This document shows positions 48,662 through 62,390 of a DNA stretch of 64,000 nucleotides, piece after piece. Origin of the DNA: Microbotryum violaceum (lineage: Eukaryota); assembly GCA_001244265.2 (NCBI GenBank), contig CDLV01000013.1:434001-498000 (forward strand), in the 5' to 3' direction. The translations under genes and the position numbers were made by a program. The notes under the pieces are model-generated. The model worked only from the letters and a program-made list of their open reading frames with translations. It did not search any database and was not told where the DNA came from. Numbering within the stretch: the first letter of the stretch is position 1; the number at the start of each line of letters is the position of its first letter.

Positions 48662-49723
48662 TTATGGCTTGGCGTCCCCAGTGTACCCTCTCAGATGGGG
48701 TGCGATCGGATATGGCTCCGGAAGAGGGGTGCTCCCCAAAGAAAGAACGATGAAACGTGTCGTGTTGGCTGTTTCAACGATGGCCGAGATGATGAGGGAG
48801 CGGGATGAGGAACGGGCTCCACGATCTTGGGAGATTGCATGCAAGATGACTCACCACTCCCACCATCCTGAATATCTCTATCGACGACCCTCAGGCCATA
48901 CACCTCAGCGCATTTGATGGAACAAATCGCCAGCGATTCTTCGGGAGGGTCCTGCAGTACTTTTTGTGCCGCCAGCGCTGTCGAATTAACCGGAATGATT
49001 TGAGCTCTCGGATAGTTGGTTTGAAGGTAGGATACGCATTGACCGATTCCCTGAGAGGTGCCGAACCCGAGGAGAATGTGGGGGGGGGGGTCAGAGAAGA
49101 CTTGACCAGGACACGTGACCTCGAGTCCCGGAGGAGGTTCCGCTCACTTGTTCATGACTGTAGACTCGTTTATATCTCTTCCTCTTCTCTTCATCTCCAG
49201 AAAGGTTCCTTGACTTGCTGTCCTCATCATTAGCGAAAGGTCGGCTCAACAGAGCATGCCCCACTTTGAGTCCGATCATTCCTCGCACGCTCAATTCGGT
49301 CGTCCGTAACGCCTGCATCGTCTCATGCACGATCCCAATCGACGAGTTCTCGATGGGTACGACACCGAATGAAGCCGAAGTTGATGCAACCTTTGAAAAG
49401 ACGTCTGGAAAATTGCGAACCAAAGAGGATGAGAACTCGAATCATGACGATACAGGGGCTTTCGCTCGAAACGTACCTATAATCCGCTCTTGCGGTGCTA
49501 GTTTACAATCATTACCGAAAAAGTCTGTCGTAGCCTGTCGGAAGTCGGACACGAGCCCGCATCAGCCCATGTTTGGTGTTCCCCTTCCGTAACTCCGTCC
49601 GGTCAATGACGTTGCTTCGCAAGGGCTAGTAAGGCCGTAGCGTAGACAGGTACGTACTTGGTGGGAATATGTTCCTAATGGGCCGAGGAAAGCTATCCTT
49701 GGTGCAGTTGATGTTAACGTCAT
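48662..49723 (-). CDS. PHA2: Prephenate dehydratase; 3' end uncertain
   Basis: IAFLGPLGTYSHQ (exon 1, ATG 49723), GVVPIENSSIG, VYSHEQ, NTTRFIVL. Confidence 0.85.
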
Positions 49724-50200
49724 ATTGGATAGTCAGACCGGAGAAGGTCAGAGTCAGACCGATGACGAGTGTCGAGACGGGCCATGGGCGCTCGAGCCGG
49801 GGCCGGGCGGTGGCAGGGGTGAGTGGCCTGCAGTGAGTCAGCACGTGCACCTCGTGCGGCACGATTTTCGGTTCGCGCGGCTGGCGGATGGCATACTTTG
49901 GTCTTGCACGCTTCTTCTTACGAGAAAATACGTGTCTGCTCCAGGTCAAACTTCCGATGCGCTCGGGGATAATATTATGCTTGGCCGCTCTCGGAATCAA
50001 TCTCGCGCACATCTTCAACTCTCCCTTCCAACATTGTCTTTGTTCGACTTTCATTCAAGCTTTACACCGAGCCCGTTCGCCCAAAGGATAAGGAGTTATA
50101 GGAATAAAAGCACCGGCCCCACCCGATTCACTTTATTCGAGCCAAACTCCCACGACTCCGATCCCCAAGGCACTGTTTTTTGGTTTCACAGGTCCCGCCA

Positions 50201-51857
50201 TTATGCCCTAGGAGCGACGTTCTTGGGTGGCGCCAAGGACTGTTCACCATTAGGGGTGACGTAGCATGCATGGATACCGCCGTCGACCTTGAAGTCGGTA
50301 CCGGTGATGAAGCTCGAGTCGTCCGAGGCGAGGAACAAGGCCGCCTTGGCTTGTTCGATCGCTTCGCCGAAACGACCCATTGGAATGTGTACCATCCGTC
50401 GTTCCTTCTTTTCAGGTGTATCGAGGAACGACATCAAGAGTTCGGTTTGGAGGGGTCCACTGTTGGAGCCGAACGGAGTCAAACCGTTCCAATACTCAGC
50501 AGCAACCCAGGCACCTGACCTTTCGCAAGGCGAAAACAAGTAGGGTCACTCACGGGCACAAGTTGTTGAGTCGGATGCCTTCACGAGCATGAACCATGGC
50601 GAGCTCGCGCGTCATCGCCAAAACCGCACCCTGTGTCGCGTCATGGTACGATTTCAGACCTCGGTCAATTTCCTCATTGGGCGGCGGAAAATCAGAGTCG
50701 TCCTCAGCCTGGATGGACCAACCTTGGAAGCGGTGTCTGCGCATGACAGGTTGAACACCAACAGGATCCATCAGTTCAAAACAACTCGATGAAGACCCGA
50801 ACAGCTTTCACGAGTCTTACAAGCAATCTGGGGCGTTGCGGCACCCATAAGAGCGACGAACGATGCCGTGTTGATGATGCTTCCCTTGCTGCCGCCGGGG
50901 TTCTTGCGCATCGCCTCGATGGCGTACTTGCAGCCCCACCAAACACCCTTGAGGTTGATGGTCATGGTCAAGTCCCAGATTCGCTCCTCGGTGTTGAGCG
51001 CGTGGTCATCGGCAGGGTGCATAATGCCTGAGATGATAGAACACGTTCGGCGCATCGATTAAATTGACGTTCAGGGTGGGGTATCGGAAGTGTTTCACTT
51101 ACCAGCATTGTTGCTGTCAGACGGAGGGAATGGGAGGGCAGGGGACGCGGGAACAAGCAGCAGATAAAAGGGAGGGATGCACGATAGGGTATTGATGAAA
51201 AAGTCAGCAAGGGTGCCCTGACCGCCACTTCCAAGACACCATGATCTGCCAAGCGCGTGGGGGGAAAGGCGACGGCGCTTGTCATGAACCATTAAGCGCC
51301 GCGCCGCTCCAGGTTGAATCCTACCCCACTTGATTTTACCGCGCCGCTGATTCTCGGCTCGTGTAGTGGCAGGGAGGCAGTCGTGTAGACAGCAGCAATT
51401 CGAGCACTGACAAGATGACGTCCAGTCGACCAAACTTCTCGACGGCCTTGGAGACCATGTCCTTGATCTGCTGTTCCTTGCCGCAGTCGACGACGACCGC
51501 GAGCGCTTCCTTGGAGTCCGAGACTTGGGTTTTGATAAGCTCGACGGCGCGTTCAGCCGCCTGTTGGTTGATGTCGGCGCAGACGACGTGCGCGCCCTCC
51601 TGCGCGAACACGAGCGCCGTCTCGAGTCCGATACCACTGTTGATACATGATGGGTTAGCGGGGGCTCGACAGACCAGAAGGGCTGCAGGGAGGGACAAAG
51701 TGGACTTGCTTGCCGGCTCCTACGCGTGGCCGTTGAGAAACGAAAAGCGTGGGTGGTGGCGACGGAATCAGTTGATGGCTGCTACGAGCTACGAGAAGAG
51801 AGGCAGCTCACCCGTGATGATGCAAACGCGTCCATCGAGGCGAAGAGTGGCGACCAT
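50201..51857 (-). CDS. Classical short-chain dehydrogenase/reductase, many exons including three micro-exons
   Basis: Spliced motifs IITGAGNGIG, LDVIFNNAGIMH, INLKG, GSIINTASFVA, YTASKGAV, IRLNNLCPGP, PMGRFG, FLASDDSSFITG..FKVDGG. Confidence 0.93.
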
Positions 51858-52715
51858 GTTGGCTAGTGATAGATTGGGGGATGGAAGGTAGAGGCGGAGG
51901 TGGGGGCTTGGAACGAACGAGAAGGAAAGGAAACAGACCGCAGCCGGTGTCGCAGCTTAGGGCTTAATCGCGGTTCGACGACACGACCAATCGCAACCGG
52001 AGAAGCGCGGGTTTGTCGGGACGGGCCAGTTTCTATCTGAAATCGATGTAACGTATTCTAAGCGGGATATTACAGCTTGAGTCTTTGGTTTAACAGAACT
52101 TCCTTGAACAAATTTCCTGACTATGAAGGACAAACATCGCAAACTCAACTGCGAGACATCAGACAGCGGCTGTCTCAGTTGCAAGAACCGGTCTGGCATC
52201 CCGGCGTTTATCCGAGGTGATCTATCAAGGAAATGTCGGTGGCAAGTATAGCACTACGGAAACCTTACAGCCTGCCGACCACAACATTCTTCTTTTTCCC
52301 TTTTCTTTGTTTGGCGTAGGCACATGCGGAGCCGATGATTCTACCACTCTTATCTGGCTGCTGGCTGCTGACCGCATGATCCCAATTCCAACAGCACTTT
52401 GCCGACGCTCCATTCTCAGAGTGAGGGGTTCCGGATTTAGCCTGAGACCGCCTGAGCCAAAACCGTGCGCCTCACTTCGCTATTCTGCCGCTTTCTGTCG
52501 ATCGCGAACCGAGTCAGACATGAGCGTCCGACATTGCCGACCACTCTACCCGTCCCCAGCGACAGAGAGCTAGCCTCACCGTCTACAATGTGCATCCTCT
52601 CTAGACGGCTATCTCCGAGATCAATTTATCCGGTCCTGGCGCTTTCCTCTCAGGCTGCTTCGACTCGTTTCGTAGCGTCAAATTGCTTCACGCTGTCCAG
52701 CACCGTCGCTACTAG

Positions 52716-53130
52716 TACCGTCCCTTCATCACTCACCGGGCTTGAAGAAGCGACTTTGGATGCGCGGATATACCCAAGGACTTCGACTACTTACTCCAGT
52801 GAGTACTTCCACTTGTCTATTAGCCTACAACTTCAAATCTAGGTTTCTCGACTAACAATTTTCGGAGTTGCCCCTGCGTACGGTCGATCTGCCCAAGGCA
52901 TAGTACCCGCCGCTGATGCATCTCACGGCGGACCATGACGACCGTGTCGTGCCCTTGCATTCTCTCAAACTCATCAAAGAGCTTCAAAATTCGATCTTCA
53001 ACAACCCTTACCCCTTGCCCTTCGAATCGATACCAAATCAGGCGGGTCAGGCGGACCACTGACAAATGGGAAGCTGTCGATCTCTACGGGTTCGTCTCGC
53101 CGGCGATAGAGGTCAAGTGGAGGAATCAGA
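52716..53130 (+). pseudogene. Prolyl oligopeptidase (S9A) C-terminal pseudogene fragment
   Basis: Manual translation: HRA*RSDFGCADIPKDFDYLL | [38 protein letters not shown] ... RIDTKSG ... TTDK..AVDLYGFV; two in-frame stops and frameshifts. Confidence 0.88.
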
Positions 53131-53347
53131 TCGCGGGTCTCTTTTTGCAAGGTATAACGGCCACAACTGGAATCTGCTGGAAGGTAGGAACAACGGATTA
53201 AAATTCCAAATTGCATTATTTGATCGCGGACGACAAGCTCGTGTCCGTAAGCGCCCTGAGGCGGCTGATCTCGGCCCCTCGGTGTCCGAACGAATCAATT
53301 GGCTCCCTGTTCCGTCCACACCACATGCCCCGCTGGATACCAACACC

Positions 53348-55127
53348 ATGCCCATCAAACTACAAACAGGACTCGGGGAACGCTTAATCTCAAGTGATAT
53401 CGAGGCAAAAGCATTCGCCGAGTTGCCCATCATCGACATGACCAGGTTGACCTCGTCCAAGCTGGAAGATAGACAGGCCTTGGCGCTCGAGGTACGTCTG
53501 CGGGATTCACGACGGGGTGATTGTACATGCGAGAAGTCGCTGACGATAAAGGAGCTTTGTGCAGGTCCAAAAAGTACGCTCCACCTCCTAAAAGCTTCTA
53601 ATTGAGGACTTGATTTCGCCGCCTCGCGTTCGCGGTGCCCATCTTAAAGTGGCCGAGGCCGAAGTCCATAGTGCCGCCGTGCTAAGCCGAGTATCGCCTA
53701 CTCATTCCTTAAACATTACTACAGGCCGCTATCGAATCGGGATTTTTCTACATCTCGAACCACGGCGTTCCACAATCCATTCTCGATGAAGCCTTCGCGT
53801 GAGTCTCCTCGATCACATATCGCACCCTCGCCTGGCGCGCTTGGAGCGGCAAAGGCGCGCGCCTTCGGCTTTCCTATCAGATCGCACAGCACTGACGGCC
53901 ACGGCGCGTCGATCTTCTGATCACAGTCAGGGCAAGCAATTCTTCGCTCAACCGACAGAAAAGAAGATGGAGGTCGATTTGCACAAGGGGACATCGTTCA
54001 AAGGCTATGCACGTGAGTCGCTTCGCCATATATTTTTCTCGGCCAGCGAGCAGTATCTGAGAAGCATTCGGTCTTCGGCATAACCCCTAGCAGCTTTGAT
54101 GGGAGAAGCCGTCGACCCTGCGTCTCGAGGGGACGTACACGAATCGTTTGATATGGGATCCGATTCGCAGACATTTCATCAAGGAACCGAAAAGAAAGAA
54201 GGTGTCATCTCAGGCAACCTGTGGCCCTCAGAGAAAGATCTTCCCGGGTTCAAGCCGGCGCTCGAAGCGACATGGGACCATATCATGGCATTGGGCAAGA
54301 AACTCTTCCCGTTATTTGCATTGGCCCTGAATCTGTCAGTTCAGGCTGCTCGTTCTTCGGCGATTTTGTGCTCTGGTGCTACGATTGCTAATTCCGCAAC
54401 CATCCACAGGGAGGAGAACTATTTCGACGACAAATTGACCAATCCGGGCTCCGTGATGAGGATTTTGCATTACCCGCCGCAGACCGGACCCATCGACATG
54501 ACTGCGATTGGAATCGGTAGCCATAGTGGTGCGTTGGGAATTGGGCGGAAGCAGCCGGAGAAGTGTGCTTAGAAACCCAAGGCGAAGGGCACGGCGCCGT
54601 CGCGATGATGTTTCGAGAGATGCATCACAACGCCTCGAAAATTCTCCTCGCAACTAACACCCCGCTTGTGTCAATTCTTCAGACTACGAGACGTTCACTC
54701 TGCTCGTCCAGCACGGAGATGTATCGGCCTTGCAAGTTCTCAATAGCGCCGGTGACTGGGTCCAAGCGCCTCCTATCCCTGGCACGATTGTGGTCAACAT
54801 CGCCGACCAACTCCAGCGATGGACAAACGGTGTTTTCAAGTCGACCATCCATCGTGCCATCAACCGAACAGGGAAGGACAGGGTAAGTCTTCATCGACTA
54901 GGCCGTTCACTCGCATGGCGGTCTGATCGAACTCCTTATCGCGTACCCAGATGAGCCTGCCCTTTTTCTTTGGAATCGACTACGACGTTTTGATCGAAGT
55001 GTTGCCTTCTTGCATCACGGAGGACCGTCCAGCAAAGTATGAACCCGTCAAGGCCGGGGAGTGGGTCGAACAACGTCTCAAGGAGACCTACATCAAAATC
55101 GACCCAGTCACGGGCATCAAAGCTTAA
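53348..55127 (+). CDS. 2-oxoglutarate/Fe(II) oxygenase (IPNS/DIOX_N family), multi-exon
   Basis: LPIIDM, GFFYISNHGVP, ESFD.G, NLWP, MRILHYPP, IGSHS|DY (HxD), VVNIADQLQRWTNGVFKSTIHR, R.S.PFF. Confidence 0.92.
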
Positions 55128-55390
55128 CCGGGCAGGTGCACGTTCTTGGTCGAGTAAAGTTTTTCGAAGGACGAGGACATGGCGACGGTTTTGGGGTTTG
55201 TAATAGAAACATTCAATCTCCATGAGATGCTATCGGACGAGAAAATAAAGCCTTCATTGAAGTCAAGGGTTCTGGATAATCGCACGAAGAAGCAATGAAC
55301 CTCGCATCACGCCCATATCGTATTGAGCCGAACCATAAGAAAAAGGAAGTACAAGAACAAGCGTATGAATATAAAAATTTGACGCGGAAA

Positions 55391-58300
55391 TCACTTGACG
55401 TCGTTGTCGATTGCGGCTCGCAGAGCCGGACCAATGCTGTCGATGAACTGCACCAACAACGATTTCGAGGAGTTGACGCTCAGCGCAGGCAGTTGAATCG
55501 AAGTCAAGAAAACTTCTTCCTCTACTTCTTCTCGATCGTCATTTGCCTTCGAGCTCTTCGTGAATAGGCCCCTACGTGCCGGTTTGCCCTGCTGCCGCCT
55601 CCTCTTCTCGGCGACGCTCTTCTCGACCTTTTCGACGCGCCTCCAGTCGACGAGCAGGCCATTGATGCCTTCCAGTTCGCCGAACCATCCAAACTCCATG
55701 GGCAAGTCCTCGCGTTTGACGAGCAAATCCATCACCTCCTGGTCCTGCAGCACCAGCTCCTCGTACAAGACGTCTTTGTCCAATGATGCGGCCCATGCCC
55801 CCGCAGCAGACGCCGGATCGGGATGCTCGACCTGCAAGAGATCGACTCGCAAGGAAATGTCCGAGTAGACTTTACGATAGCTCGTCCAGCGAGCCAAGGC
55901 TCGAACCTCACTCAACACGGCTTTGCGGGTCTTCTCGGGCTGACTCGCGAGCAAAGCGTCGTAGTCGACCCCTGCGCGTTGAGGAGCTTCGGGAGCGGCC
56001 TTCAAGTCGCCTCCCTCGCGGCGCGAGGAAGTCGAGTTGCGGCGTCTCTCCGACTTTCGACTTTCGACCGGAGGGACGCCTTCACGGATAAAGGCGAGAC
56101 CCGATTTGCTCCATTCAATTAACGGGTCGAGCAGAGTTCCACCGTTAGAAGCCAGCTCATGCATGATATAGTACAGCTTTTGATCGTGGCGTGCCGCGAG
56201 GGCAATGTAATCGGCCGGTGCTGAAATTGACCAAGCGAACGTCTGATCAGCATCAGATGAGACCACCACATCGATACTGCCGAAATGCACTTACTGTTTT
56301 TCTCCGAGTAGGAGACCTTAATCATGTCGTCCAGGAAAGCTTGCAAGTCACCCAAACGTTCCGAAAGAATCGACGCTTCAGCAACTTTGTAAATCGTCTT
56401 GTAAAAGATCGCCATGGAAGCGTGCAGCGTCTTGGGTGTGTTGCTCTCCATGACGACACCTACGACTTGCTCACGATCCCGTGTGCGACAGACGGCAGCC
56501 AACAGGCCCTTGACATTCTGAAACTTGCCCGCTTTCGATATATCGTCCACTTCTACGTCGGCGCCACCGCGTCGGGTGTATTCAGAGTGCCAATCCTTGA
56601 GCATCTTCACCTGCGTGTCGTTGGCGTGGACGCGCATGATCGTGATGACGATCTCTTCGTCGCGTTTCTCTAGAGAGGGTCAGATACTGGGTCAGCAAGC
56701 TTACTGGTTTACAAACATCCCGAAGCCGGATGAACGCACCTGCTTGCGCTCGAGTTGCTTGGCGTACTTCGTAGGCAGAGTAGACATGCTTTTCGATCGC
56801 TGCGCAGACGATTTCGCTGTCGATGCGAGCGCGGAATTGCGCGGCGAGCTTCTTTTGATGCTTAATACCGCTGTTGCAAATGAGCGCAAAGATGCGCTGG
56901 AAGAGGGATGCTTGTCCAGCCGGCTGGCCCAACAAAATCTGTACGATTGCTCGAATGGCCAGCGTCGGGTTCACGAGCGAAAGACCAAGCTTCAGAGCAG
57001 CGTACGGGATCAGGTCATGGAAGGATTTGAGGAGTGCGAGGATCTCTGGTCCATTTTCGTTCGAGATGAAGAAGTAGTGGAACATGTACGCCACCCAAAT
57101 GCGCGCCCATTCTTCGGCGTCACGGTAGGACTCGGGCAAGGTCTTGAGCTGAGAGGTGCGCTTCACAAGCGCCATCGACTTGTCAATCTCAGCTCCAGAG
57201 ATGAGTGCGCTTCGATAGAGCGCCCAAGTGGTGCGCAGCTTCTTGCCTCGTCGGCCGACCCGGACCCATTGCTCTCGCAATCGCTCCGCCTTGTCCTCGT
57301 CTCTTTCCCCTTCGGCAACCCATTCCTGAAGTTCTTGCAGGCTCGCCTTCTCCGCTGATCCCAGCAAGAATGCTTCGAGCTTGGTGCGGGCGTCCGTTAG
57401 CATCGCACTGTCGCTCAGTTGAGACGGAGGCGACGAGAGCGCAATGATGAGCATGCGCAAGTATTGCTGCAGCTGAGCTCGAGGAGGCGCTACTTTTGGG
57501 CTCGAAACGGGTAGCAGAGGTGTATCGAGCAAGTTTTTGGGATCGACTTCTTCCATGGCCCGTGCCAACTTCACGAACGCGGACCACTTGCGCAGTACCA
57601 AGTACGTCGGACCCCCTTCGACCACAAGCACGCGTGAGATGATGAGGAAAGCCGTTTCGCCACCACTTTCTTCTTCCGAAACGATCGCTGACCATGCGTT
57701 GTAAGCGATGGGCTCTTTGGGCCTGAACGACATCCACAGGCTATCCATGGACCCAGGAACGAGATGATCGATGCGGCGCATGACGGTGATGGACGGTCGC
57801 GCAGGCGCATGCCGCCCTTGCGGGGGCAGGCACGTAGAAGTGTAGGTGCCAAGCACTCGGGTGAACCCCATACCCAAAAGGCGTCGTTTAGTGATCTCGG
57901 CACGCTCGGCTGTGGTCGAGAGGTCCCGTTCCATGAACGAGTCCCAGAACGGTTGGATGCGGTCCGTCCAGTATTCGGGCTTGGCTTCACGCAAAACTGG
58001 CATGTGGTACAAGAAGCGCCAGAAGAGGTACCGCAGCACGGGCGATTCGAGGTTTTGACCTTCTTCCCATTCATAATTCTCAAAGCCGGCTTCCCGCTTG
58101 ACCTCTCCGGCGCCGCCCATACCGACCATGCTGAGCCAGCCGCCGCTTTGTGGAACTAGATGGCGAGGACGGGAGTTAGGACCGTTGGGATGAGGGAGGA
58201 AGGGCTCGCCATAGACCGTCAGGGCACCGATCTTGGACAAAGCCGAGCCTTCTCGCTGGATCTCCAGACTGTGTGTCACCTGTTGTCAGCCGCTTGTATC

Positions 58301-59920
58301 GGGTGGTCGGGCACTCGGTGTTCTAACAAGACTCACTTTATCATCATCCGATTCAGATAGTGTCGATCTTGGGGGGTGAGGTCCATCTCGTTGACCTCAC
58401 GCTGAGGCAAAGGCTTGGCTGATGCGGCGGATGTCGTCGAGCCGAGACCAGGCCCATACGACCTCGCGCTTCCTTTCTGCTTGAGATCATCTTCTTCCTC
58501 GTCATACTCGATGTCGACTCGAGAAAACGAGATCATACTCTGTCGGCGGACAGCATGGGGTCGCGAGGTGTGGGCGGGTGCAGACTGTTCCTTGTTGTCG
58601 ATGCCTCCGCCGGGCGCAATGTACGCGGCGCCGCGAGACCCGAGTCGTGCTCGAGAGCCTCGTCGACCCGCACGGTGATCATCATCTTCGCTGTCAGAGT
58701 CGCCGACGGCGAACTCGTAGTTTGACGATTGCTGCCCTGTTGAGGGACGGCGTTGAGAGGCCGAACTCTTTCGGCGCACGAGCTTGGCCCCTCCCGCACT
58801 CGACGAGCCGCCGTCTCGGGCCACGGGAAGTGATGCCGCGACGATAGATTTTCTGCGCAGCTTCTTTGGACCAGTCGGAGCCTGCGTGAATGAATCGTGA
58901 GGTCCTGGACCGACCACCGCGCCCGGCCCGCCCGCTCGGCTGTCAGCTCCACGGGCCAAAGGATCGCTCAAGTACTCGGCAAAAGCTGAGTCTTGCTGCG
59001 AGCTGACTTTACGACGAGCACCAGGGATTGCTTGGGAGGACCGACGTCGATCCGCATCAAGACGAGGGGACTCCTGGTCTTGAGATTCAGTATCGTCGTC
59101 TGCCTCTTCTCCTTCTCCTTCTTCTCCTTCTCCTTCTCCTGCTCCTTCTCCTGCTCCCTCTTCTTCGTCATCGTCATCGCCATCATCATCGCTGTTGCCG
59201 CCGGCCCCACGAGCATCGCGGGTGGATCGCTGGCTCAATGCGACCGCGGTGGCCGGCGGTTCGGTGGAATCGCTGTCGCTGCGATCCGACTGGGGAGCCG
59301 CAGATTTGGCGCTGGATGCTCTTCTCTGCTCCGACTTGGAGATGGTCGAGGTCTTGCGCGAGTAGTCGATGACAGCCGGCGAGTCGCTTACGACGGAAGG
59401 CTAGTTCATAAACGAGCCGAAGTCAGTCCCGGAAGTCGCCGGCATGTGAGGACGAGAGGTCATGGCTCTGTGGTTCAATACAAAACGTCCTCACAAGACG
59501 ATACATGAACACCTAGACCTTTTTACTCACAATGGTCACTCGCTTCGGCTTGGGCACAGCGAAGCCTGCCGGCTGGTCTTGCGCCGCCCCCGCCCCCACC
59601 TCGCCCGCCCGCGAGTCCTCTTCCTCGTCATCATCCCCGCCTGAATATCCACCCATTTTCGCCTTCAAACTTCTGCGAGAAGCCTTTCTGACCACTGTAG
59701 GTCGGGGAGATCCGTCGTCGTCGCTTTGAGTGCCGCTCTGACCGCTGGCTTCACTGGGGTCGTCATTGCCGTCCTCACTCGACGGTTTGGATCTCGACCT
59801 CGTCTTGGAGCGCTTCAAAGGTGTAGTACCGCGGTCATCGCTATCTTTGTCCTTGTGCGACCCTTTTCCAGACTTGATAGAGCCCGAGTAGTCAATAAAG
59901 CCGTTATTTACGACGACCAT
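55391..59920 (-). CDS. PX-associated (PXB/PXC, Lec1/YPR097W-like) protein with long disordered N-terminus
   Basis: LTPQDRHYL, YGEPF, PVLRYLF, FWDSF.ERDLS...R.EITKR, LPESYR...EWARI, FHDLIPY, SLFQRIF, RDREQ, IFYK..YKV, DLQAFLDDMI. Confidence 0.8.
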
Positions 59921-60822
59921 GGCTCCCCAGGTGTACGGATGCAGCAGCTGAGGTTGGGGAAAAGTGAGCAATCGATCTACCGCCAGTGGCAGCGGGGGAA
60001 GGAGCACTACTTCGCCGAGGGCCGGTCAAGGCAGAATTCCCAGCGCCCGGCCGTCGCCCATCGCCGTCTGATTGCAACTCCCGCGATGGAAAATCGCAAT
60101 TTTATTGTACGTCTTCAAATCCCCTCTACAGAAAAACATCGATTTTGCCGCATTGCGAGGTGGAATCTGCGTGTCCTCCGATCCCCAGGCCGAGGCCAGG
60201 CTAACGAGTGCATATGTATCCAGAGCCAGTAGACGCCCGGCGTTCGGAGTCACCGGTCACGTGACTAGATCTAGCACTCGGTCAACACACCACCATGGAT
60301 AAGGACCTCAAAGCAGGTCAAATGCAGACACGAGAGCGGCATCATTAGCACGTCACACAATACTCACTACAAGGTGCACGTACCGTTAGTCAGAGGGTAG
60401 TCGTGTGACTTGGAGACGAATGCTTGCCGTCGTGCCGAATCTGAACGAAGTTCGTCGCGATGAGCGTTCGAGCGTTGTGATCAGGTCCAACTTCATAGTG
60501 AACTCGGTGAGTCGGAGGCTGCGACAAGGCGCCTCTAAAAAATACGAATCGAGTCATAAACTCGAGGCTCCGGCGGCGAAGCCGAGACAAGTGATCGGGC
60601 GAGCAGAGTGCCTCGGCAGACACGTGATCATGATCGCGCGAGCACGGTGCCTCGGCCATCGCTCTTGGTCGCCGGACAACACCGAGCCGTGAGATCGGTC
60701 GAACTCCGTCATTGCTCGATCTCGCCTCTGCCTCTTTCGCAGCTCGCCTCTGCCTCTTTCGCGGCGCGCCTCTGCACTGGTCTCCCTTCCGTCATCCGTT
60801 CAAGACCCATTGACTCGCTACC

Positions 60823-62390
60823 ATGGCACCCTCCGATGCGCCTCTGTCCTTTGGTGGCCGGGTGACACTCATCGTCCCGACGGCTCTCGTCTGGGCGCTG
60901 ACACCGTTGAGCTGGGTGCTCGTTCCGTATCACCACTTGGTCCTATCGGATTCGCAACGAGTCGCGTGGACGTCGAGGTACTGGTACCTCTTCCTGCTCT
61001 ACCATGCGTACTTGGACGTTCCCTTCTCCGTGTTTCTTTTCTGGCTCACCAAGAAGGCGCAACGACCCAAGGAGCTCGTTCACCCTGGACCAGACGAGAT
61101 GCGACGGATCTTTCTCGAGTGTCTTGAAGTTGGCGCCAAGCTCAAGGAGCGACAAGTCGGCATCCGTAAACCCCGCACCACGAAGACTTCTCTGACAAAG
61201 GAAGAAGTTGATGAGATGGGCGCCGAGGTTATGCGGCTCAAGTTCCGTCAGTGGTTCAGAGGCCGCCCTCCCCTATCCGAAATCTACCGCGCCAACGCGA
61301 TCGAGTGGATTGCTTGGGCAGTGGCCGACGCTAGACCAGAAGACGTCGTATCTGGATCAGAAGCGGATATTTTGATCAACGAAGGCATCGAGTGGATGCA
61401 ACACCGATTGCACCACGACTTCACCCCCGGGCGTAACCCAAAGGTCGAGTCGATCCGGCTGACAATGGATCCGGTCCGAGCGGCGCATCGACCCGTCGGT
61501 TACTACATCGTCTGCAATTCGGTCACTCTGCTCACGTATGCTTGGCTTCTCACCAATGGATGCCGCTACGAGCGATACGGCGAATGCGCGTACATCACGC
61601 GCGGCGCTCGACCGGACAAGCGATCAAAAACTTCGGCCGGTCTTCCCATTCTGTTTGTTCATGGTCTTGGAATCGGACTCGGGCAATGTGAGTTGGTTCG
61701 CACCGTTGGCTAAGCTCTAGATGCTTCTCCAACTCGGTCCTGATCAAAGTCATTTCTTCAGATCTTGATTTCTTGCGCCGGTTCTTGGCACAGCCCCAAC
61801 CGATCATGATTCTTATTCAACCCAACATTTCGACACAAATCTTTCACCGCCACTTCCTTCACCCGCCGAGCAAGGATGAGCACGTCGCCTCTTTCAAAGC
61901 CATCTGCGCCGCCAAAGGCTACACCGGATGCACTATCCTCAGTCACAGCAATGGTACAATGGTCCACGCGTGGCTGCTTCGAGGTGCCAAGGAGCTCTGT
62001 CGCCGCAACGTCCTCGCCGATGCAGTTTCGTTTTGCCTCTGGCAAGGCGACGTGTGCTACTCGTTCCTACATCAACCGTGGCGCGAGACGATGGAGGTCT
62101 TGTTGGGCTACTTTGTCGCCCGCGAACTTGGTACCGCGCACACCATCTGCCGCAACTTTATCTGGTCCGATATGTTGTTGATGGAGCGCGACCTACCGCG
62201 AACCGACCCGGCATCGCTGCAGATTATTCTCGCCGAGCACGATTTCCTCGTTGATGCGGACGCAGTGGTGGCATACTTGCACGAATCCGGCATTAGTGAT
62301 GATTGTATCACGTGCGTCAAGGGTGCACAACACGGCGCCGCTCTTATCGTGCACGAAGAAGGTATGAAGAAGGTGTTGGCATCGCTATGA
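60823..62390 (+). CDS. Membrane-associated alpha/beta-hydrolase-fold protein
   Basis: N-terminal hydrophobic helices, RLTMDPV...HRP, ILFVHGLGIGL, SHSNGT nucleophile-elbow-like motif, C-terminal HG; one intron. Confidence 0.75.

Noticed and set aside
50201-55127. SDR + POP remnant + 2OG oxygenase as a secondary-metabolite or RiPP cluster
   Set aside because: No backbone synthase, precursor peptide, transporter or cluster regulator seen; the POP is a dead fragment.
56525-57358. 277-aa plus-strand ORF
   Set aside because: Antisense to the PXB/PXC gene; no independent evidence.
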